A DNA stretch of 63,005 nt, counting the filler, from Chrysochromulina tobinii (taxonomy: Eukaryota): the NCBI GenBank assembly GCA_001275005.1. It is 3 parts of 3 records of this genome, joined end to end, with 100 filler letters (N's around TTAATTAATTAA, not from the genome) between each part and the next. Parts side by side here need not be neighbours in the genome. Positions count along the whole stretch, not along the records: positions 28,155 to 59,129 come from JWZX01001418.1; positions 59,230 to 63,005 come from JWZX01001426.1; 1 more part is not named here. One strand, given 5' to 3'. The position numbers were made by a program, and so were the translations under genes. Of the stretch, positions 56,101-63,005 are shown one piece after another (within the stretch, counting starts at the first letter, position 1; every line of letters begins with the position of its first letter). The notes below the pieces were generated by a model. The model worked only from the letters and a program-made list of their open reading frames with translations. It searched no databases and was not told where the DNA came from.

Positions 56101-59100
56101 CGCTGCGCGTGGGCGAGCACGCGGCTCCACTCTGCATGCGGCAGGTGACGAATCTCTAAAGCTCCGAAGACGAGATCGAGCTCCGAAGGCCGCACGTACC
56201 CCTCGCGCGCGCCGTCGTGGGCGCCGTCGAAGAGGGCGAACGCGGTGTGCAGCGCCGCGAGCGGCGCCGTGCCGAGCGGCGCACACAGCGTTTCGGCGAG
56301 GACCGCGAGGGGCGCGCCGTCGTGGCGCTTCGTCACTCGCTTCGTCACTCGCGTCGTCGTGGCGGCAAGGCCGAGGAAGTCAGGCGAAGGCACGGGCGCT
56401 GTGGTGGCGCTCGGGGCGGCGCTCGGGGCGGCGCTCGAGGCGGCGCTCGGGGCGGCGCTCGGAGCGGCGCTGTGAATGGAGGGGGCAAGCACGTCCGCCG
56501 CCTCGGCTGCCGCGGCGGACATCTCATCCCATAGCAGCGCCGTCCCGAGCGCCATCTCATCCCATCGCGGCGCACCCTTGCCTGCGTCTGCGCCTGTGCC
56601 TGTGCCTGTGCCTGTGCCTTTGCCGCCTCCTTCGCCGCCGCCAGAGGCCACCTCGGCGCCCAACTCGGCGCCCAACTCGGCGCCCACCTCGGCGCCCACC
56701 TCGGCGCCCATCCCTGCGCCCACCTCGGCGCCCATCCCGGCGCCCAGCGTCTCGGCGCGCTTGGCTGCAGCGTACGGGCGCACCATGTGATAGAGGAGGA
56801 GCCCGACCAAATTAGGAAAGGGCACGCACTCGTACGCGCGCAGCGCCGTCTCGAGCGCCGCGCGGCTCGCCGCCGTCAGGTAGCCCGCCCCGAAGGCGCC
56901 TAGGAAGAGCTCGAGCGCCGTCGTGGGCATCACGCCCCCGCCGCGGAGCTCGCCAGTGACGACATCGAGGCTGTACAAAGGGGGGGGCGCGTGCGGCGCC
57001 GTCCCGAGCGCCACAACCGGCGCGTGCAGCGCCTGCGCGGAGGCGGCGCCGAAGAGGGCGAAGGCATCGTGGATGAGGGCGACGAGGGTGAGGAGAGCGG
57101 GTGGCGGCGGAGCAGGCAGCAAGAGGATCACCGCCTCAAGAGGCAGCGCTGGTCTGCTCGGGTGGAGCGGGGGAACGCCGGCGTCGGTGGCGACGGGCGG
57201 CGGGAGGCGCGATGCCGTCGAGATCGCAATCTGGGCCAATGAGGTGCCGAGCTCGCGATCTCGACGCGAGCTCGCAATCTGGGCCAATGGGATGCGATGG
57301 ATCGCGAGAGCGACGCCGGCGCTCCCCCCGCCCGGTGACGTGGACGGCACTCGAAACGGACGGAGATTGAGCGAGATCGTGCAGCTCCGACGCTCCTTTG
57401 ACGACACTGGCGGTTCGCCCATCTCGGCGCGCGCGCGCGCGCGCGCCGTGCTGAGCAGCGCGCGCTGCGCCGCCGCCTCCTCTTGCGCCTTGGCCGCGAG
57501 GTACCTGATGAGGGAGGCAATCGGACTGATGAGGGAGGCAATCGGAGGGGTCTGTCGAGGGACTGCTCAGAGGGCAATCTCGCTGATCTCGCTGAGTAGA
57601 GGGTTCATCAAGGGTTCATCAAGAGGTCATCAATTGCTCATCAAGGAGTCATCAATGGGTCATCAATGAGTCAGTAAGGGGCCATCAAGGCGTCAATAAG
57701 GGGTCATCAACGGGGCATCAAGGGTGCATAAAGGGTGCATCAGACGTACTTTGCATTCTCGCGCCGGAGCGAGTCTTCGCGCGCGAGGAGCTCTCGCAGC
57801 CACACCTGATGAGGCCAGCAATCAGTCGCAATCAGCATGCACTCAGTCGCAATCAGCATGCAATCGCGCGCGAGGAGCTCTCGCAGCCACACCTGATGAG
57901 GCAAGCAATCAGTCGCAATCAGCATGCACTCAGTCGCACTCAGCATGCAATCGCGCGCGAGGAGCTCTCGCAGCCACACCTCGCGGCGGAAGTGTTCGTG
58001 ACGGCCTGATGAGGCTCGCAATCAGTCGCAATCAGTCGCAATCAGCCACACCTCGCGCCGGAAGTGTTCGTGACGGACCACCTCGGCCTCGTGCTCGGCA
58101 CGGCGCGCCGCCGCCTTCGCCTCCTCCTCCGCATCGCGCAAGGCGGCTGGTTGGACGGCTTGGTCGGCGCTCGGGGCGGCGCTGTGAATGGAGGGGGCGA
58201 GCACGGCTGGTTGGAGGGCTTGGTCGGCGTCCTGTGCCGCCCACGCGCGCGCGCAGGCGTAACGTGCCATCGAGGCCGCGCGTCGCTCCTGATGAGGGAC
58301 GCAATCACGCGGATGAGAAACGCAATCACGCTGATGAGGATCGCAATCACGCGGATGAGGAACGCAATCAAGCTGATGAGGAACGCAATCAGTGCATGCA
58401 ATTCGACGCACCTCTTCTTGTCGTTCCCGCTCGGCACGCGCCGTGGCGGCGGCCTCCTCCACCTGATGAGGCAAGCAATCAGTCGCAATCAGCATGCAAT
58501 CAGCATGCACTCCGCATGCACTCCGCATGCAATCAGCGCTCATCCACCTGCCGGCGCATCTCGCGACTCGACGCCTGATGAGGCCAGCAGTCATTCGCAA
58601 TCAGTCGCAATCAGTCGCAATCAGCGCTCATCACCTGCCGGCGCATCTCGCGACTCGACGCCTCTGCCGCAGCCGCCGCCTCGTGCCGCGCGCTGTCTTG
58701 GGCGGGCGAGGCGGCCGTTACGCTTCGTTGGGTTTCGAGGACGAGCACGCTGGCGCCGTCGCGGGCGGCCGGTCTCGTACCGCCCACGACGGCGCCTGCG
58801 CCCGCGAAGGAGGTGGCCGCTTCGTCCACGTATGACGAGGCCGGTGGCGGTGGCGCCCGCGACGGCGCGGGCTCGTGGTGCACCAGCAGCTGTGCAAAGG
58901 GGACCATCGCTGCGAGCGCCGCCTCGGTCGCCTCCTTGGCGAGCGCGTGCCCGAGACGGCGCTCGAGCGCCGCGGCACGCTCGACGGTGGCGACGGGTAG
59001 TTGGGCGGAGTCGACGGGTAGCGAGACGAAGCCACGCCGCTGGCCGCCCGTGGGGGAAAGGGGGGAGAAAGGGGGAGGAGGCGGGGGAAGCGGGGGAGGC

Positions 59101-59129
59101 GGGGGAGGCGGGAGAGGTGCGAGCGTCGC
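53120..59129 (-). CDS. Large armadillo-repeat protein with EF-hand-like motifs; at least 6 exons, 5' end at or beyond the contig edge
   Basis: Introns 58634-58463, 58411-58289, 58051-57806, 57749-57505 and 55276-55027 join the ORFs in frame. About 8 ARM repeats (AIAAAGGIEALVALARDG..AAGAL) and a calmodulin-like C-terminal pair. Confidence 0.8.
53417..54118. repeat. In-frame coding minisatellites: 21-nt x13 (VLASTDG), 15-nt x about 8 (GGFPT), 18-nt x3 (RGFGVN)
   Basis: Tandem units visible directly; all unit lengths are multiples of 3. Confidence 0.9.
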
Positions 59130-59229
59130 NNNNNNNNNNNNNNNNNNNNNNNNNNNNNNNNNNNNNNNNNNNNTTAATTAATTAANNNNNNNNNNNNNNN
59201 NNNNNNNNNNNNNNNNNNNNNNNNNNNNN
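59130..59229. other. Artificial contig spacer (N-run / TTAATTAATTAA / N-run)
   Basis: Same 100-nt spacer as at 28055. Confidence 0.98.
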
Positions 59230-59317
59230 TCTCCTGCCGACGAGAGGACGAGAGGATGAACGCTCGCGGAGCGTGTCGAAGTTTTCCACGTGTCGAAGTT
59301 CCCTCGAACGCTTCATA

Positions 59318-59905
59318 CTTCGTTTGTGAGACGATTTGTTCATGGACTTTTATTTGTGAGACGATGGAACTCATGGTTTCGGTTGTGAGACGATTTAGTT
59401 GCGTTTGAGAGACGATAGTTGGTCGGTTGCGTTTGTGAGACGTTCTCATTCTTACTGTTACAAGTCGAACCGCATCGTCTCACAACATCGTCTCACAACC
59501 GTCAGTTCGTCGAACTCCATCGTCTCACAAATGCAACTACATCGTCTCACAAACGCAACTAAATCGTCTCACAAACGCAAGTTCGTCGAACCGCATCGTC
59601 TCACAACATCGTCTCACAGCCGTCAGTTCGTCGAACTGCATCGTCTCACAAACGCAACTAAATCGTCTCACAAACGCAAGTTGTATCGTCTCACAAACGA
59701 AAGTTCAACATCGTCTCACAAATGCAAGTTGCATCATCTCACAAACGCAACTTCGTCGAACTGCATCGTCTCACAAACGAAAGTTCGAACTGCATCGTCT
59801 CACAAAAATCGTCTCTCAAACGGAAGTTCGTCGAACTGCATCGTCTCACAAACGCAACTTGATGCATCGTCTCACAAACGCAAGTTCATATCGTCTCACA
59901 AACGC
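59318..59905. repeat. Bidirectional array of the 11-nt motif ATCGTCTCACA (5 reverse copies, then about 18 forward copies)
   Basis: TGTGAGACGAT-type copies at 59325-59445 and ATCGTCTCACA copies at 59475-59900, with short AT-rich spacers. Confidence 0.9.
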
Positions 59906-60469
59906 TATAGTCGTCGAACTGTGTTGCACAATCGCTAGAACTGTGTTGCGAAGGTCGAGGGGAGGTCGACCGTGTGGTCAGATGACCGGCGGGGTGGCTC
60001 GAGTGGGGGTTAAGCGGGGGTATAGGGCGAGAGATGGGGGATGGCGTGGGCACGCGCCTTCATGTCGCCCAGGGCACTCATTTGGCGTTCCAGAGGCCGC
60101 GGTGATGTCGTCAGACTTTCTCCGAAGGTCTTCCACGGACAACGCACTGTGTTGTGGCCTCAATGTTGAACCGCTCTTCTTTCGCTCAGAAGAGCACACC
60201 ACATCAAGCGAGCCGCCTTTCTGGGAGTACATAGGCCACTGCCCCCCCTGAGCACAGTCGACCCACTCTTGCACTCTCGTGCAAGGGAGCCTTGCCATCC
60301 GAAGATGACTTGGCCCAACCGCGACCACCATGGGATCACCATGGAGGCTCGCTTCAGGCCAAGAGCCGAGGCGGGCTGGACCTGGGGAAGTACCCCCCCC
60401 TCATGACCTCCGGTTCGAGCTCGGTGAGGGTAGGCAGACCCGTCTCCTGAGTCACCCCTCACACCTGCA

Positions 60470-62272
60470 TTATCGACGTTCCGCAGGACCTCTTGCCCCT
60501 GTGTTGCGTTTCGCCGCCCTCGCCTCACGTGCTTCCACGGCCTCTCGTTCCCTCTTGAGCTTCTCGACCACGGGAATTGCAGCCAGGACAGTCTTGCGCG
60601 CCAAGTCCGCGTATTGTTGCGGGTCACCCTCAGCAGGGGTTGACGAGTTCTTGAGATAAAAAGAAGGGACACGCAGCGACGGGGGTTGCGGTTGGGGCGG
60701 GGGCTTGGGCACAGGTGGCGGCGGCGACGGTTCGGAAGGGTCTGCCCATTCCGAGAGTCCTTCAGCGACGAGCAGAGGCTCGCCACCCGCATCCAAGAAG
60801 ACCTTATTGAGCGCCCGGCACGCGTGGCAGCGCACTGCAAACTCGTGCACCTCCTCGCTCAGTGGCACGCCAACCTCATTGTTTGACCTGCATGAAGCGC
60901 ATCTCATCAGCCAGTACGCAACTGCCCTGCCCCGACTGTGCGTGCCTATCACGGAAGCCGGCACAGCGTCGCTCGACGAAGAAGCCGCTGCTTCTCCAGA
61001 GTTTGACGCCGGCGGTGTCGGCAGCAGTGAGGGCACTTCATGGTTTTCTTCTTCGGCTACGTTCCGGCGCCTCATCCACGCACGAGCGCGAGCTCGTAAG
61101 CGTTCGTCCAGGTATTTTGATACGACCTTGGCCTGTCTCTCGGCACTTTCCCTAGACATGCGATTCACGAATCCTTCGATCATGCGCAGGTTGTAGGAGA
61201 CCACATGCAAGCCTTCAACCCTCCGACATGGCGCCGCCTTGGTCAGCGCGTCACCTTCGAGCTGTTCCAGTAGGACCGTGCCGTGCAAATGCCTCTGATA
61301 CTGGCAACTTAGCACGCAGATACAGTCACTGTGCATCACCGGAATCGACACACCGCGCCCTCCCTTGGCGCCTTCGAAAATTGCAAAATTGCGCCATTGA
61401 CCGGGGTGAGACTCGTGCCCACCGAGGAACATGATGGTGCCGCCATAGAGTCCGCCACCGTCCATTTTATCAATGTGTAGATCGGCCGCTGAAGCCTCCG
61501 GGAGGTCGTCCGAACAGTGTCCCCTCACCACCACCTGCTGTGAGGGAAACGTAAATCCGCCCGGAGGTGCAGACGGGTATTGGCATACCTGCGTCCACAA
61601 CTCTTGGTCGCTCTTCGCTCCGTCGGTAACACACCAGGACTTCATGTCCGGGAATACTGACGTCATGCACTTGGCAACATGTCCATTCAATGATCTCAGT
61701 GTAGGCTCGACGCTATCGCTTCTTCCAGCCGGAGCGCGTGTAAATGGGATGTTGGTAGAAGCGCCGTCCAGCATTAAGGACTCACGTCGTCTTCCGGGCA
61801 GTATCCCGTGTCCAAGGCTGATGTATTGGCCAGCGGCTGGCTGGATTGTGGTAGTATTCTTATCAACCTCTTGCTCCATTGCCCACGCACGCAGCTCCTC
61901 CACTAACTTCCGAGTCGACCCTTCTGGAAGATTGCTCAACTTGTCAACTGTGGTGGGTAGCATCCATGCCACTCGTGCCACAGTCACACCTTCTTTTGAA
62001 GTTACGTTTACGCCATGCATCACGTCGTCACTCAACACAGGTAAACTCAGCTCGTCTAAAACGAGTTCGCTTTGCGTGTGCCTCAAAATTGGGTTCCCAA
62101 TCGAACCTGTCGACGCGTGACCAGGATGCGGATGATGACTCAGCCACTCAATCACTTGACCATCCAATTGCAAACTGCCGCTTGCACGTAGCTGAACGCC
62201 CTCACTACTGATCACGTGATCCTTGACGCTCACAGTTACAGAGCAACCAGCACCACGTGATGGGGCCGATAG
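60470..62272 (-). CDS. TET/JBP-like 2OG-Fe(II) dioxygenase domain plus C4 zinc ribbon; no nearby ATG, in frame with the upstream OTU ORF
   Basis: LHIDKMD (HxD, His about 61476), GVSIPVMHSDCICVLSCQYQRHLHGT (distal His about 61284) and LHVVSY, then CASC-x17-CHAC. Confidence 0.6.
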   Translation of the reverse strand, partial: LSAPSRGAGCSVTVSVKDHVISSEGVQLRASGSLQLDGQVIEWLSHHPHPGHASTGSIGNPILRHTQSELVLDELSLPVLSDDVMHGVNVTSKEGVTVARVAWMLPTTVDKLSNLPEGSTRKLVEELRAWAMEQEVDKNTTTIQPAAGQYISLGHGILPGRRRESLMLDGASTNIPFTRAPAGRSDSVEPTLRSLNGHVAKCMTSVFPDMKSWCVTDGAKSDQELWTQVCQYPSAPPGGFTFPSQQVVVRGHCSDDLPEASAADLHIDKMDGGGLYGGTIMFLGGHESHPGQWRNFAIFEGAKGGRGVSIPVMHSDCICVLSCQYQRHLHGTVLLEQLEGDALTKAAPCRRVEGLHVVSYNLRMIEGFVNRMSRESAERQAKVVSKYLDERLRARARAWMRRRNVAEEENHEVPSLLPTPPASNSGEAAASSSSDAVPASVIGTHSRGRAVAYWLMRCASCRSNNEVGVPLSEEVHEFAVRCHACRALNKVFLDAGGEPLLVAEGLSEWADPSEPSPPPPVPKPPPQPQPPSLRVPSFYLKNSSTPAEGDPQQYADLARKTVLAAIPVVEKLKREREAVEAREARAAKRNTGARGPAERR

Positions 62273-63004
62273 TCAGGAATCGAAAAATCCGAGGAAGTTC
62301 ATAATGTCGAGGCTCAAACGCATGGGGCGTCGTGGCAAGTATCCTGCGAAGTGTCCAGTCCCATCATATTCCACGACAACGAACTTGAGGTTTGCCGCAA
62401 CCAAACCATCAATAGTCGTCTTCAGGGCATTCATGGAAACTCTCTTCTGGTTGCCTTTCAAACCCCCAGGGAACAAGATGAAGCTCTTCGGCGTGGTCAA
62501 ATTCAGCCAGACGATTTGAATTCCAAGCATGTTCGACAGCACACCATAGGTGTCCACTCCGCCCCCCCAGGTACCACTCCGTGATGCGGAGGCGGCTTCT
62601 AGGCTTGAGATTTCTTGAATGAGCACATCCTTGGCCATCACCGTCATGTCCCACTTCGTCGTTGTCGCATAGCGTTTCATCTTTTGAATCACCATAGCTG
62701 ATACTTTGAAGTCTCGGGACGTTGGGGAATGCTCGCCTTGGGATTTTGAAGTAATCTTGCACTTCCTCGCGTGTTCCATGAGGCCCACGCCTGCAAGGAC
62801 AGCGTACAACCAGCAGCTTCCATTCCCCTTGACAGTGACGCGCTCTCCGAGGTAATCCAACTTGGAGATCAACGACACAGATTCCTTGATATTATCCGCT
62901 CGTGTGGACGACGCCGGCGTGGCACCGGCGTTCGGGTCTGCCAATAACATCCGGTACTCAGGATCCTTTTCTTGCCAGGTCTTCATGTGCTCTGCTGACC
63001 AGAT
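62273..63004 (-). CDS. OTU-like cysteine protease; frame open to the window edge
   Basis: VTVKGNGSCWLYAV (Cys about 62814), GTWGGGVD and YDGTGHF (His about 62352). Confidence 0.75.
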   Translation of the reverse strand: MWSAEHMKTWQEKDPEYRMLLADPNAGATPASSTRADNIKESVSLISKLDYLGERVTVKGNGSCWLYAVLAGVGLMEHARKCKITSKSQGEHSPTSRDFKVSAMVIQKMKRYATTTKWDMTVMAKDVLIQEISSLEAASASRSGTWGGGVDTYGVLSNMLGIQIVWLNLTTPKSFILFPGGLKGNQKRVSMNALKTTIDGLVAANLKFVVVEYDGTGHFAGYLPRRPMRLSLDIMNFLGFFDS

Positions 63005-63005
63005 T

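Larger units (their letters stand above)
59230..63005 (-). mobile_element. Putative end of a large DNA transposon or endogenous viral element (partial)
   Basis: Lower GC, intronless, repeat array at one end, OTU and TET-like cargo. No transposase or capsid gene is visible in the window. Confidence 0.45.

Noticed and set aside
59318..59905. CRISPR array
   Set aside because: The repeat core is only 11 nt, the spacers are short and similar to each other, both orientations occur, no cas genes are present, and the context is eukaryotic.

Overview
High-GC eukaryotic genomic DNA with spliceosomal introns, flagellar genes and plastid-targeted genes. The gene content suggests a haptophyte alga such as Chrysochromulina; this is inference. 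The window joins three contigs with N/TTAATTAATTAA spacers: 1-28054, 28155-59129 and 59230-63005. About 25 genes are supported, including R2R3-MYB, ketopantoate reductase, GT61, FBF1-like, SMU1, an ammonium transporter, a START-like protein, an FAD monooxygenase, ANK-RING, DUSP, VWA, RseP/M50, a Cys-less pentameric ion channel, Agenet/Tudor and ARM/EF-hand proteins. Two signals stand out. (1) At least 15 introns are built from short CTGAT(T/G)-based repeats, often end in CCTCATCAG, and are usually accompanied by a direct duplication of neighbouring exon sequence that supplies the other splice site. This looks like an active intron-generating mechanism. (2) The last contig is lower in GC and intronless, with a bidirectional ATCGTCTCACA repeat array. 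It carries an OTU-like protease ORF joined in frame, across a single UGA-CUA stop followed by a hairpin, to a TET/JBP-like dioxygenase ORF: a candidate mobile element using stop-codon readthrough. All family calls are by eye; no searches were run.
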